A stretch of DNA of 64,000 nt. Origin: Acidobacteriota bacterium (lineage in GTDB: Bacteria; Acidobacteriota; UBA6911; RPQK01; JAJDTT01). Below the pieces are notes generated by a model. It did not search any database. It saw nothing but the letters and a program-made list of their open reading frames with translations, and was not told where the DNA came from. A program made the translations under genes and the position numbers. Positions 47,248-57,974 of the stretch are shown in pieces. The stretch lies in assembly GCA_965263035.1 (NCBI GenBank), contig OZ253580.1, positions 256,001 through 320,000 of the forward strand, read 5' to 3'. Positions within the stretch are counted from its first letter, which is position 1. The number at the start of each line of letters is the position of its first letter.

Positions 47248-47663
47248 ATGTCGCGTGCCGCCGGAGTGATGATTCTCATGGGATTGGCCCTGCCCGGCTT
47301 CATCTTCTACAGCATCTTTTTCGCAGGACCGTCCACCCCCGGAATGTCGGAGGCGGTGGAAATCACCGAGCAGTTCGACCATCTGGCGGGCGGGGATTTC
47401 CGGGTCCTCAGCGTCCATTCCGCCGGTCCCACCGTCCAGGCCAGGATCGTGCTGGAGCCGTCCGCCGCCGATAACGGCGACATGCACCTGCGGGGCTTGA
47501 ACGCCCAGTACGACTTCCAGGCGGTTCTGGGCCGAGACCAGGATCTGGGGGTCGTGGTAGGTGAGACCGACGAAGCGGGAGTCTTCAGGCCCTTGGGCGT
47601 GATCTTCTATTCCGCGGCGACGGAGCAGTCCCACTTTCGCCGTGTCGCCGCCGGGCTCTCCGA

Positions 47664-47667
<4 letters not shown>
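47248..47667 (+). CDS. Hypothetical membrane-anchored protein
   Basis: N-terminal hydrophobic helix; ATGA overlap with gcvT. Confidence 0.65.
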
Positions 47668-48746
<1,079 letters not shown>

Positions 48747-48845
48747 TCGATGTTGAATCCTCGGTCCCGGTTGGGTAAATAGGGAACGCCCCGAGGCGGG
48801 GAGGGCGCCCGGCGGGTCGGGTCCCAAAACCAGAGGGAGGCGAGG

Positions 48846-49241
48846 ATGACAATCCCGGAAGGGCTTCGATACACCAGAGAACATGAATGGGTCGAAATCC
48901 TGGATGAGAGCCGGGGCCGCGTCGGCATCACGCACCACGCCCAGGACGAACTGGGTGACGTGGTCTTCGTCGAACTTCCAGGCGTGGGAGACGAATTGGG
49001 CGGCGAGGATGTCTTCGGCACCGTGGAATCGGTCAAGGCCGTCTCCGATCTCTACAGCCCCGTCACCGGCAAGGTCATTCAGGTCAACGAGTCCTTGGAG
49101 GAGCAGCCGGAACTGGTCAACGAAGACCCCTACGGTCAAGGCTGGATGATCCAGGTGGAACTCGGCGACCTTGCTGAGCTGGATGGACTCATGTCCGCCG
49201 AGCAGTACGCCGCATACCTGGCTGAGGAATCCGGGCACTGA
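48846..49241 (+). CDS. gcvH: Glycine cleavage system H protein
   Basis: HEWV, GITHHAQDELGD, VESVKAVS lipoyl lysine. Confidence 0.97.
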   Translation: MTIPEGLRYTREHEWVEILDESRGRVGITHHAQDELGDVVFVELPGVGDELGGEDVFGTVESVKAVSDLYSPVTGKVIQVNESLEEQPELVNEDPYGQGWMIQVELGDLAELDGLMSAEQYAAYLAEESGH

Positions 49242-49253
49242 TCCGGTTGGCCC

Positions 49254-50591
49254 ATGCGCTACATTTCCCTGACTCCGGAAGAAAGACAAATCATGCTCCA
49301 GGCCATCGGCGTGGAGAAGACGGACGACCTTTTCGAGTCCATTCCGGAGGGGGTTCGGTTGGGCCGTCCGCTGAACCTGGCGGAGCCTCTGTCCGAATCG
49401 TCGCTTCTGGCCGACTTCAAGGCCATGGCGCGAAAGAACGCCTGCGGCGAGGATTTCGCCTACTTTCTGGGCGCCGGCGCGCACCACCATTTCATCCCCT
49501 CCGTGATCGACACGCTGGTCTCGCGCTCCGAGTACTTCACGGCCTATACGCCCTACCAGCCGGAAGTCAGTCAGGGAACCCTCCAGGCCATCTTCGAATA
49601 CCAGACCCTCATCGCTCAGCTCACGGGGATGGAAGTGGCCAACGCCAGCCTCTACGACGGGGCCAGCGCCTTGGCCGAAGCGGTCATGATGGCGGCCCGG
49701 GTGACCCGCCGGACGCGGATCCTGGTTCCGGAGGCGCTCCATCCGAACTACCGGAGGGTCCTCGGCACCTATACGGGAAATCACCTCTCCGTGACCTCCG
49801 TCCCTGCCACCTCCGCCGGCTCCATGGATCCGGAGGTCGTGGACGCCCTCCTGGATGACCAGACGGCGGCCGTGGTGGTCCAGTCTCCCAACTTCTTCGG
49901 CGTCGTGGAGGAGATGGAAGAGTTGGGCCGGTTGGCTCACCGGCGCCGCGCTCTGCTGGTGGCCGTCACCACCGAGGCCCTCTCCCTCGGGCTGCTGAAG
50001 CCGCCGGGAGAGATGGGCGCCGACATCGTGGCCGGAGAGGGGCAGAGTCTGGGTCTTCCGCTGAGCTTCGGCGGGCCCTATCTCGGGCTGTTCGCCACCC
50101 GCGACCGCTACAAGCGGCAGCTGCCGGGCCGCCTCGTGGGCCAGACCGTGGACCGGAAAGATCGACGCGGTTTCGTCCTGACCCTCTCCACCCGGGAGCA
50201 GCACATCCGCCGCGAGAAGGCCACCTCGAACATCTGCACCAATCAGGGCCTCTGCGCCCTGGCCGTGGCCATCTTCCTGTCCACTCTGGGCAAGAACGGC
50301 ATTCGGGAACTGGCCGAACAGAACCTGAAGAAGGCCCATTACCTCAGGCGGAGGTTGGCCGACCGCCTCGTCTTCTCGGGTCCCGTCTTCAATGAAATGG
50401 TGCTGCGTGTGGACGATCCTGAGGGACTGAACCAGGAGCTTTACCGGGAAGGCATCATCGGGGGGCTGCCCCTGGGAACCTGGTTCCCCTCGCGCCGGGA
50501 CCAGCTGCTGGTCTGCGTCACCGACCAGAACACTCGCCGCCAGATCGACCGCTTCATCCACGTCCTGCAGCAAAGCCGGGTGACCGTATGA
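49254..50591 (+). CDS. gcvPA: Glycine dehydrogenase subunit 1
   Basis: TAYTPYQPEVSQG, NASLYDG, REQHIRREKATSNICT. Confidence 0.97.
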   Translation: MRYISLTPEERQIMLQAIGVEKTDDLFESIPEGVRLGRPLNLAEPLSESSLLADFKAMARKNACGEDFAYFLGAGAHHHFIPSVIDTLVSRSEYFTAYTPYQPEVSQGTLQAIFEYQTLIAQLTGMEVANASLYDGASALAEAVMMAARVTRRTRILVPEALHPNYRRVLGTYTGNHLSVTSVPATSAGSMDPEVVDALLDDQTAAVVVQSPNFFGVVEEMEELGRLAHRRRALLVAVTTEALSLGLLKPPGEMGADIVAGEGQSLGLPLSFGGPYLGLFATRDRYKRQLPGRLVGQTVDRKDRRGFVLTLSTREQHIRREKATSNICTNQGLCALAVAIFLSTLGKNGIRELAEQNLKKAHYLRRRLADRLVFSGPVFNEMVLRVDDPEGLNQELYREGIIGGLPLGTWFPSRRDQLLVCVTDQNTRRQIDRFIHVLQQSRVTV

Positions 50592-52072
50592 GTCGAACCA
50601 GTCCGGTATACAACCTCAACGAGCCTCTCATCTTCGAACAGTCCTCCCCGGGCAAGTCCGCCTACAGTCTTCCTCCCCTGGACGTGGAGGACACGCCCAT
50701 CGAGGAAATTCTGGACCCGGGGCTGACCCGGGAGGAGGTTGCGGGCTTCCCGGAAGTGAGCGAGGTGGAGATCATCCGGCACTACACCCGCATGTCGACC
50801 TGGAACTATCACATCGACCTGGGGATGTATCCCCTGGGCTCCTGCACCATGAAGTACAACCCCCGGCTCAACGAGCGGACCGCTCGCATGCCGCGGATCG
50901 CCATGGTGCATCCCATGCAGGAGGACGCCCTGTCTCAGGGCAACCTGGAGCTCATCCACCGGCTCCAGGAGTGCCTGCAGGAACTCACCGGCCTGGACGC
51001 CGCCACCCTCCAGCCGGCGGCCGGGTCCCAGGGAGAAATGGTGGGGATCCTCATGGTGCGGTCACACCATGCGGCGCAAAAAAGACCTCGGCGCTACGTC
51101 CTGATCCCCGACTCGGCACACGGCACCAACCCGGCCAGCGCCGCCATCGCCGGGTACCAGGTGGTCTCGATTCCCTCCGATTCCTCCGGCAGGATCGACA
51201 CCCGGATCCTGCGGGAGCGCATGAACGAAGACGTGGCCTGCCTGATGTTGACCAATCCCAACACGCTGGGGATCTTCGAGAGCCAGATCGAGGAGATCAG
51301 CCGGATCGTCCACGGTCAGGGCGGGCTCATCTACATGGACGGGGCCAACTTCAACGCCCTCATGGGCTACGCGCGTCCGGGCGACATGGGGATCGACGTG
51401 CTCCACCTCAATCTGCACAAGACCTTCTCGACCCCCCACGGCGGCGGTGGACCCGGCTGCGGAGTGGTGGCCTGCCGTGAACTCCTGGCCCCCTATCTCC
51501 CCTCTCCCGTCATCGAAGCGTGCGGAGACGGTTTCCGGACCAACTCGGACCGGCCCCACTCCATCGGTCCGGTCCACGCCTTCTACGGCAACTTCGGCAT
51601 GATGGTGCGGGCTCTGACCTACATTCTCACCTGCGGCGGGAGCGGACTGAAGCAGCTCACCGAAACCGCCGTCCTCAACGCCAACTACATCCGCGTCCGG
51701 CTTCAGGAATACTTCCACCTTCCCTATCCGACCCCTTCCATGCACGAGGCGGTCTTCTCGGACAAGACCCTGGAGCCCTTCGGGGTCAAGACGCTGGACG
51801 TGGCCAAGCAGCTCATCGACGAGGGCTTCCATCCGCCGACGATCTACTTCCCTTTGATTGTCCGGGGTGCCATGATGATCGAGCCCACCGAAAGCGAGAG
51901 CAAGTCGGAACTTGACGCCTTCGTGGACGCCATGGTCCGGATCTACCATCGAGCCCGTGAGGGTGCCGAGTCCGCCCATGAGGCGCCCCGTCTGGCCAAA
52001 CGGACCCGGCTGGACGAGACCCGGGCCGCCCGCCGACCCGTGCTGAGGTGGAGTCCCGAGGAGGAAACCTGA
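50588..52072 (+). CDS. gcvPB: Glycine dehydrogenase subunit 2
   Basis: YPLGSCTMKYNP, HGTNPASA, LNLHKTFSTPHGGGGPG. Confidence 0.97.
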   Translation: MSRTSPVYNLNEPLIFEQSSPGKSAYSLPPLDVEDTPIEEILDPGLTREEVAGFPEVSEVEIIRHYTRMSTWNYHIDLGMYPLGSCTMKYNPRLNERTARMPRIAMVHPMQEDALSQGNLELIHRLQECLQELTGLDAATLQPAAGSQGEMVGILMVRSHHAAQKRPRRYVLIPDSAHGTNPASAAIAGYQVVSIPSDSSGRIDTRILRERMNEDVACLMLTNPNTLGIFESQIEEISRIVHGQGGLIYMDGANFNALMGYARPGDMGIDVLHLNLHKTFSTPHGGGGPGCGVVACRELLAPYLPSPVIEACGDGFRTNSDRPHSIGPVHAFYGNFGMMVRALTYILTCGGSGLKQLTETAVLNANYIRVRLQEYFHLPYPTPSMHEAVFSDKTLEPFGVKTLDVAKQLIDEGFHPPTIYFPLIVRGAMMIEPTESESKSELDAFVDAMVRIYHRAREGAESAHEAPRLAKRTRLDETRAARRPVLRWSPEEET

Positions 52073-52231
52073 CAGCCCGTGGTAAAGGTCGTCACGGCAT
52101 TCGACCGTCCCTGCATCGTGCGCGGACTGCGTTGCTATCGGCTCACATACTCCCCGTATGCTCCCTCATCGCGCCTGGTCCGGCGGGCGTAGGAACGGTC
52201 TCGGTGCTCGCGGGACTTTCACCACGGACTG
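52073..52231 (-). mobile_element. MITE family A, copy 5 (159 bp)
   Basis: Reverse orientation; begins immediately after the TGA of gcvPB. Confidence 0.85.
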
Positions 52232-52265
52232 TTAAGAGGAGGGCCGAGATCCGGAGGGTCTGGTC

Positions 52266-53261
52266 GTGAGGTTTCGGAGTGGAGTCGTCCTGTTCAGCGC
52301 CTGCTGCCTTCTGGCGATCCAATCCATCCGGTCCCAACCGTCCTCGGATTCCGTCCCCCCCGCATTTCGAGTCCGGGCCAGCTTCATCCGGGTTCCGGTC
52401 ACCGTCTTCGGGCCGACGGGGAAGCTCTTGACTCACCTGGAACGGGAACACTTCTCCCTGCTGGATGAGAACAGCCCCCGGGCCATCGAGAACTTCGTGC
52501 TGGACCAGGACCGCATCCACGTGGCTCTCCTGCTTGACGTGAGCGGCAGCGTCCGTAGCGAGTTGAAGCAGATCGCACAAGCGGCCCTCGACTTCGCCCG
52601 TGCCTTTCAGAAAAACGACCGGTTCTCCGTCATCACCTTTTCCGACAGCGTCCAGGTGCTCCAGGACTGGACTTCGAGCCTGAGGGCGATTCGCCGCGCC
52701 CTCAGGAAGCTGGAGCCGGGCTATCGGACCGCCATGTACGACGCTCTGTGGACCACCACCAACAAGCAACTGTCCCGGGTCAGCGGGAAGAAGGCCATCA
52801 TCCTGCTCACCGACGGCCTGGACAACGAGAGCAGTCAGAGCTACGACCAGATCGTCCAGCGCCTGATCGCTTCCAACGTCGCCCTCTACATCATCAGCAG
52901 GACGCGTCTGATCCGGGACGAAGTGGGCCGGAGCAATCGGGTGGAATTCCTGAACCGGGTGATGTCCGAGTTGGTGAACCCGGAGGAGGACTTCGTCGAA
53001 GCCTACTTCGAGCAGAAGGAGAAGGCCATGCTCCACCTGGCCGAGGCGACCGGGGGCCGGGCCCTCTTTCCCGAGAGGCTGGAGGAACTCACGGACAGGT
53101 ATTTGGAACTGGCCCGGGAGCTCAAGAGCCAGTACGTTCTCACCTTCCGCCCACCTCTCAGATCGGATCACAAGTTTCGGACCATCCGGGTCCAATGCAG
53201 CGAACCCACCGGCAAGATCCTCCACCGCCGCCAGTATTACTGGCCGAGTCCCCAGTTTTGA
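52266..53261 (+). CDS. VWA domain protein (Acidobacteria VWFA type)
   Basis: DVSGS, TAMYDA, LTDGLD, ELKSQYVL. Confidence 0.9.
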   Translation: MRFRSGVVLFSACCLLAIQSIRSQPSSDSVPPAFRVRASFIRVPVTVFGPTGKLLTHLEREHFSLLDENSPRAIENFVLDQDRIHVALLLDVSGSVRSELKQIAQAALDFARAFQKNDRFSVITFSDSVQVLQDWTSSLRAIRRALRKLEPGYRTAMYDALWTTTNKQLSRVSGKKAIILLTDGLDNESSQSYDQIVQRLIASNVALYIISRTRLIRDEVGRSNRVEFLNRVMSELVNPEEDFVEAYFEQKEKAMLHLAEATGGRALFPERLEELTDRYLELARELKSQYVLTFRPPLRSDHKFRTIRVQCSEPTGKILHRRQYYWPSPQF

Positions 53262-53266
53262 GGAAC

Positions 53267-53378
53267 GGAGCGGCGGTTTCCAACCGCCGATCTCCCAAGT
53301 GATCGAGGGGCGCAAGAATGCAGGGTGGAATGAGCCCGCGGGCCAACGCAGGAATGGGCGATTGGAAATCGCCCCTCC
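53267..53378. repeat. REP doublet (REPIN-like)
   Basis: GGAGCGGCGGTTTCCAACCGCCG...GGAATGGGCGATTGGAAATCGCCCCTCC. Confidence 0.8.
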
Positions 53379-53474
53379 TCGCAGTTTTCCCGCTCTTCGA
53401 CGTTAAAGAGTTTACTGGATGTTCCACTGGAAAAACTGGGCCGTTTCTGCCTCTTCAACCCCTGTCTCGTTCTG

Positions 53475-55805
53475 GTGCTCCTGGTGGGTGTGGTCCGCCT
53501 CCTGACCGAGGAGCAACAGCGTCCTCGACTCGCCGTTGATCGGAATCAGACCGTCGAGTTGGTGGGCCGGATCGATCACCCGCCTCTCGCGCTGAAGAGG
53601 GGGTTGTATCTGGAGATCACTCCCCTCTCGGTTCGGCAAGCGGGCCGCGATCTTTCCCTTCCCGGCAAGGTGGCTCTCTACGTCTACTCCCTTCCCGGAG
53701 GATCCGAGTCGGAGCCATTCCTCCGCTACGGCGAGAGACTGCGGGTCAGCGCCTTCCTGGAGGACCCGACCCACCACGGAATCCCGGGAGTGGACGACCT
53801 GCGCCTGCGCTTCTGGCATCGGGGAATCGTGGGAGTGGTGCGTCTCAAGTCGCACCTCCAGGTCCGGCGCCTGGGGCCGGATCCGGGATGGGATCCGCGA
53901 AGGCCGCTGTTCGCGTATGTCCGATCGTTCGAGCGCTTCTGCCGGCGGACCCTGAAGCCGGAGCAGGAGAATCTGGTCCTGAGCACCCTTCTGGGTCAGA
54001 CCCGCCGGCTCGAGGAGGTCGATCGCGTCAGCATCGAGAAGCTGGGAATCTTCCACCTCTTCGCCGTGTCCGGATTTCACGTCTCACTGGTCTACCTGTT
54101 TCTCCATCTCCTGTCCCGTCCCCTGGGGTTGGCCGGGCGCCTCCTGGCTCTGGCCGCCGTCTGGAGCTATGTCGTGGCCGTGGGAGCTCCCGTCTCCGCC
54201 ATCCGGGCCGGACTCATGGCCAGTTGGATCCATCTCCTCTTGTCGTTGGGCCTGAAGTCCCAGTTCCTCAACGGTCTCGGTGTGGCCGCCCTGATCACGT
54301 TGGGGTTCCGTCCCCAATCCCTTCATACGGCGAGCTTCCAATTCTCCTATCTGAGCCTCCTGGCCATTGGGCTCTGCGTCTTTCCGGTCCAGCCCTGGAT
54401 CCAGACCCTGCGGCGAACCGCATGCTCGGTTTTTTTGCCTCAAGTCCGGGTCGAGGCGACGACCCCGGGACGACTGGGACGGCGAATCCGATACCGTCTG
54501 GAGCATCTCCTGGAGCCGCTGCCCCGAACCCTGTCCCAATCCCTGGTTCCCGCGTTGAGCCGCGGCTCCGGATCGGTCCTTTCATTGGTCTCGTGCACGC
54601 TCTGCATCCAACTGTTCACGCTGCCTCTGGCCCTCTACTACTCCAACCTCTGGTGCTGGACCCATTGGCTGTCCAATCTGGTCCTGGTTCCCTGCTTCTC
54701 CCTCTTCCTGCTGGCCGCCTTTCTCCTGCTCATCACCTACTGGCTTCCCACCGGAGAGAGTCTCTCCGTGCTGGTGGGGACGGTGGCCGATCTGATCCGT
54801 ATGCTGATGGAACTGGTGCAGTGGATCGCCACCATTCAGTACGTGCCCCACCCCTCGACCGCCGAGCTGATCCTCTACTTCCTGCTTCTGGGACTGGGCC
54901 TGATCCTGGGCCGGAGGGCACTCCACCTCCTCTGGCTGGCGCCGGTGCTCCTCTTCCTGTCCGTCACCTGGGAGTCCGATTCGGCGACCGGACAGCTGGA
55001 GGTCACCCTGCTGGACGTGGGCCAGGGGGAGAGCATCCACATCTCCTATCCCGACGGATCCCACGCACTGGTGGATACCGGGGGCCGCTGGTCGTGGGAT
55101 GCGGAGCCCAGCCGCTTCGTCGGGCAAAGACTGGTGGGACGCTACCTCTGGCACCGGAGAATCCGGAACCTCTCCTACGTCCTCTTGACCCATCCCCATC
55201 AAGACCACGTGCAAGGTTACGAGTTCATCCGGCAGGCCTTCCCGGTGGGACAATTGATGGTTGCGGAACCTCCGGCCGGAGAGCTGCCGGAACAACGGCT
55301 GACCCTGAGCGACGGTCAGGCCTTTTTCCAGGGGGGAGTCGGGCATCGGGTGCTCCATCCACCCGGGAAGGGGGACCCGGTATGGAACTCCGCCGGCGCC
55401 AACAACAGGTCCGTGGTCCTGCTCCTCGTGTACGGGCGCTTCCGCATGCTGTTGACGGGAGACATCGACCGGAACATCGAGGGGAGATTGATCCCCAGGC
55501 TGGGACGGACGGCGGTCCTCAAGGTGGCACACCATGGGAGTGGCTCCAGCAGCTCTTCCCCGTTCCTTTCCCGGCTGCGGCCCCGGGTGGGCCTGATCTC
55601 GGCTGGACGCAAAAACCCCTTCGGTCATCCCTCCCAGGCCGCCCTGCACCGCCTCCGCCGGGCCGGAGCGCTCCCCCTCTCCACCAGCCAATGGGGGAGC
55701 CTGCGCGTGAAGACCGACGGACGAAGCTGGCGGGTCGCCCACTACCGGCGCCAGACCGATAGCTTTTGTCCCATCACCGGAGGATTTGTGGAAGAGGAGA
55801 ATTGA
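53475..55805 (+). CDS. comEC: DNA internalization competence protein ComEC/Rec2 (start uncertain)
   Basis: HLFAVSGFH, SFQFSY, LDVGQGES, THPHQDH, KVAHHGS, FGHP. Confidence 0.94.
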   Translation: MLLVGVVRLLTEEQQRPRLAVDRNQTVELVGRIDHPPLALKRGLYLEITPLSVRQAGRDLSLPGKVALYVYSLPGGSESEPFLRYGERLRVSAFLEDPTHHGIPGVDDLRLRFWHRGIVGVVRLKSHLQVRRLGPDPGWDPRRPLFAYVRSFERFCRRTLKPEQENLVLSTLLGQTRRLEEVDRVSIEKLGIFHLFAVSGFHVSLVYLFLHLLSRPLGLAGRLLALAAVWSYVVAVGAPVSAIRAGLMASWIHLLLSLGLKSQFLNGLGVAALITLGFRPQSLHTASFQFSYLSLLAIGLCVFPVQPWIQTLRRTACSVFLPQVRVEATTPGRLGRRIRYRLEHLLEPLPRTLSQSLVPALSRGSGSVLSLVSCTLCIQLFTLPLALYYSNLWCWTHWLSNLVLVPCFSLFLLAAFLLLITYWLPTGESLSVLVGTVADLIRMLMELVQWIATIQYVPHPSTAELILYFLLLGLGLILGRRALHLLWLAPVLLFLSVTWESDSATGQLEVTLLDVGQGESIHISYPDGSHALVDTGGRWSWDAEPSRFVGQRLVGRYLWHRRIRNLSYVLLTHPHQDHVQGYEFIRQAFPVGQLMVAEPPAGELPEQRLTLSDGQAFFQGGVGHRVLHPPGKGDPVWNSAGANNRSVVLLLVYGRFRMLLTGDIDRNIEGRLIPRLGRTAVLKVAHHGSGSSSSSPFLSRLRPRVGLISAGRKNPFGHPSQAALHRLRRAGALPLSTSQWGSLRVKTDGRSWRVAHYRRQTDSFCPITGGFVEEEN

Positions 55806-55810
55806 GGAGC

Positions 55811-55836
55811 GGAGCGGCGGCTTTCTTGCCGCCGAT
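55811..55836 (-). repeat. REP unit forming the 3' exon of the intron
   Basis: Minus strand ATCGGCGGCAAGAAAGCCGCCGCTCC. Confidence 0.85.
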
Positions 55837-55839
55837 TGG

Positions 55840-56469
55840 ATCGGGTCGAGTGCAGGGGATTGCGCCCCTGCACCCTCCCACACCACCGGACGTACCGTTT
55901 TCAGTATCCGGCGGTTGGAGTCACTCGAGGCTCTTTCGAGCCTCGTAAAGGGCCTTTCTTTCCGGTTTTCGCCGCCGCTGGGACTTGATCTCCGCCCTTC
56001 CGGCTTGACGGGTTCCACCCTTGGGCCTTCCGTGCCGGGTCCGAGGGGCCTCCCCCCGCCCCGTTTCCGGAGGTAGTTGCGATCCCGCTGACGAGTCCAC
56101 CATAGGGCCAGTCCGACTCCTTCGGTCCTTCGCTCCACCGGCATTATCCGGCTTCTTCGCTACTATGACCTCTGCTGACTTCTCAAAGGCTCTCACCCTT
56201 GAGATCTCCCCGAGTAAGGTGCTGCATCTTTCCCCCCGGGCCGCCCGGCTCTACCTGGTACGTCTGGATGGGGTTCGGGTTTCGCTGTTGCTCGCCAGCT
56301 CACCGCCCGCACCCGGCCTCGCTGCCGGTTCGTGTTCCTGCGGTCGTGGGTTTGCCTTCCGCTTCCTTCAGCTTCACCTCGCGGCTACGCCTTGCGGTTC
56401 GGCTAGGGTTGGTCCCATCACCTCCCTTGGGATCTTTCATCCCTTAGATACAGCCCATGTCGGGCGCAC
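55840..56469 (-). mobile_element. ORF-less group IIC intron (630 nt)
   Basis: 5' GTGCGCCCGACATGGG; DI end TACTCGGGGAGATCTC; DIII AAGTCAGCAGAGGTCATAGTAG...GAAGGACCGAA; DV ACCGCCGGATACTGAAAACGGTACGTCCGGTGGT (CGC triad, CG bulge); DVI with bulged A seven nt from the end; 3' ACCCGAT; no RT ORF. Confidence 0.92.
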
Positions 56470-56531
56470 GAGCGGCGGCTTTCTTGCCGCCGATTCGGGG
56501 GGGCAGGGGGGGCTGGAAGCCCCCCCTCTAC
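56470..56531 (-). repeat. REP units forming the 5' exon of the intron
   Basis: Minus strand GTAGAGGGGGGGCTTCCAGCCCCCCC...ATCGGCGGCAAGAAAGCCGCCGCTC immediately before GTGCG. Confidence 0.85.
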
Positions 56532-56597
56532 ACACCCCCCACACACCCTCAAATTCGTATACTAAGGCCTGATCGCGTTCACGAGACCCAAACCGCC

Positions 56598-57974
56598 GTG
56601 TCTCAGAAATCTCTCCTACAAAAAAACCACGCCCCATCCTACGCCACCTCTCGCAGGCTGGTGGACGCAGTCGGTTGTTGGTGCGCGTTAGGCTACGGGG
56701 CCCTCGCCTATCTGGCGCGACAGCCCGGTGAACCGGATCTGTCCATCTTCTTCGTCCTGGCGGCCTGGACCGGACTTCCGGTCTTCGGACTCTACTTCTA
56801 TTTTCGGCGGCGGGGCGAACCGTTTCCGATCGGGCGCATGTTCTTCTGGGCCGTGGTGTTCAGGGTCTTCGGCCTCGTCGGTGGACCCTTTTTCGAGGAC
56901 GACTTCTATCGTTACCTATGGGACGGCTACCGATTCGCCACGGCCGGAACGCCCTACGGCGCGGCGCCGGAGGCGTTCTTTCTGGACACGAACGTTCCGG
57001 CGGCGTTTCAACAATCGCTGGACAACATCAACAACCCCGACCTGCCGACCATCTACGGACCGACGACGCAGCTCCTCTTTCTGCTGGGCTACTGGCTGCA
57101 ACCGGGCAGCGTGACGGCACTGCAGTTGATCCTGATCCTGATCGACCTGGGTATGGTCTGGGTCCTGCTCCGTATGACGCCAGCCCGGAACGTCATGCTC
57201 TACGCGTGGTGTCCACTAGTGGTCAAGGAGATCGCCTTCACGGCCCATCCGGACGGCGCCGGAGCCTGCCTGCTCATGGCGGCGATCCTGCTCGTCCGAA
57301 ACCGGCGCCGGGGAAGCGCCGCCGTCTGCCTGGGGATGGCCGCCGGGGCCAAGATCTTCGCCTTGGTGCTGGCGCCGTTGGTGTTGCTGCGAGCTCGACC
57401 CCGCCACTGGTTGCTGTTCGGCGCTACACTCGCCGGGTTGTATGCTCCATTCGCCCTGATGGGCGGCACGAACCTCACCTCGTTGCAGGTTTTCGCACGG
57501 GAATGGGAGTTCAATTCCGCGGCCTTCGGCTTGCTGGGGACCCTGTTGCCACGGTTCGAGGCCCGGCTGATTCTGGGTCTGATGTTCGCCGTTTTCTGGC
57601 TGCGCCAGGCCGCCAGGTTTGCACGAGGCGGCCAACACGCCATCCCCCGGGGCGATTGGCTCTACGGAGGGTTGCTCGTGGTTTCCCCGGTGATCAATCC
57701 CTGGTATCTCCTCTGGTTGCTCCCGTTCGCGGCCATCTTCCCCAGCGCCTGGGCCTGGACGGCCTCGGGCGCCGTCCTGCTCAGCTACGTGATCGGAATC
57801 CACCTGGATGACTACACCTTGCAGGCCTACCAGCAGCCGACATGGATCCGATTCCTGGAATTCGGTTTGATCTTGCTGGCGCTGGCCGGCGACCTGATCC
57901 GGCGGCGGTCCACAAGCCTGGATGTCGGAACGGACCCCGGGCATAGCGCCCATATGCCATGTACGAGAACCTGA
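56598..57974 (+). CDS. Polytopic membrane glycosyltransferase (GT-C, GT87/DUF2029-like)
   Basis: EDDFYRYLWDG, INNPDLPTIYGP, YAWCPL, WEFNS, PVINPWY; start inferred. Confidence 0.8.
   Translation: MSQKSLLQKNHAPSYATSRRLVDAVGCWCALGYGALAYLARQPGEPDLSIFFVLAAWTGLPVFGLYFYFRRRGEPFPIGRMFFWAVVFRVFGLVGGPFFEDDFYRYLWDGYRFATAGTPYGAAPEAFFLDTNVPAAFQQSLDNINNPDLPTIYGPTTQLLFLLGYWLQPGSVTALQLILILIDLGMVWVLLRMTPARNVMLYAWCPLVVKEIAFTAHPDGAGACLLMAAILLVRNRRRGSAAVCLGMAAGAKIFALVLAPLVLLRARPRHWLLFGATLAGLYAPFALMGGTNLTSLQVFAREWEFNSAAFGLLGTLLPRFEARLILGLMFAVFWLRQAARFARGGQHAIPRGDWLYGGLLVVSPVINPWYLLWLLPFAAIFPSAWAWTASGAVLLSYVIGIHLDDYTLQAYQQPTWIRFLEFGLILLALAGDLIRRRSTSLDVGTDPGHSAHMPCTRT

Noticed and set aside
48760-48830. Cobalamin or glycine riboswitch between gcvT and gcvH
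   Set aside because: GGTCCC..AATAGGGAA resembles the start of a B12 element, but the GGTG-AA-TCC and ACTGT parts are missing and there is no glycine aptamer core
55921-56196. 91-aa ORF inside the intron as an intron-encoded protein
   Set aside because: No RT (YADD) or maturase motifs; it starts within ribozyme domains II-III and is at most a remnant
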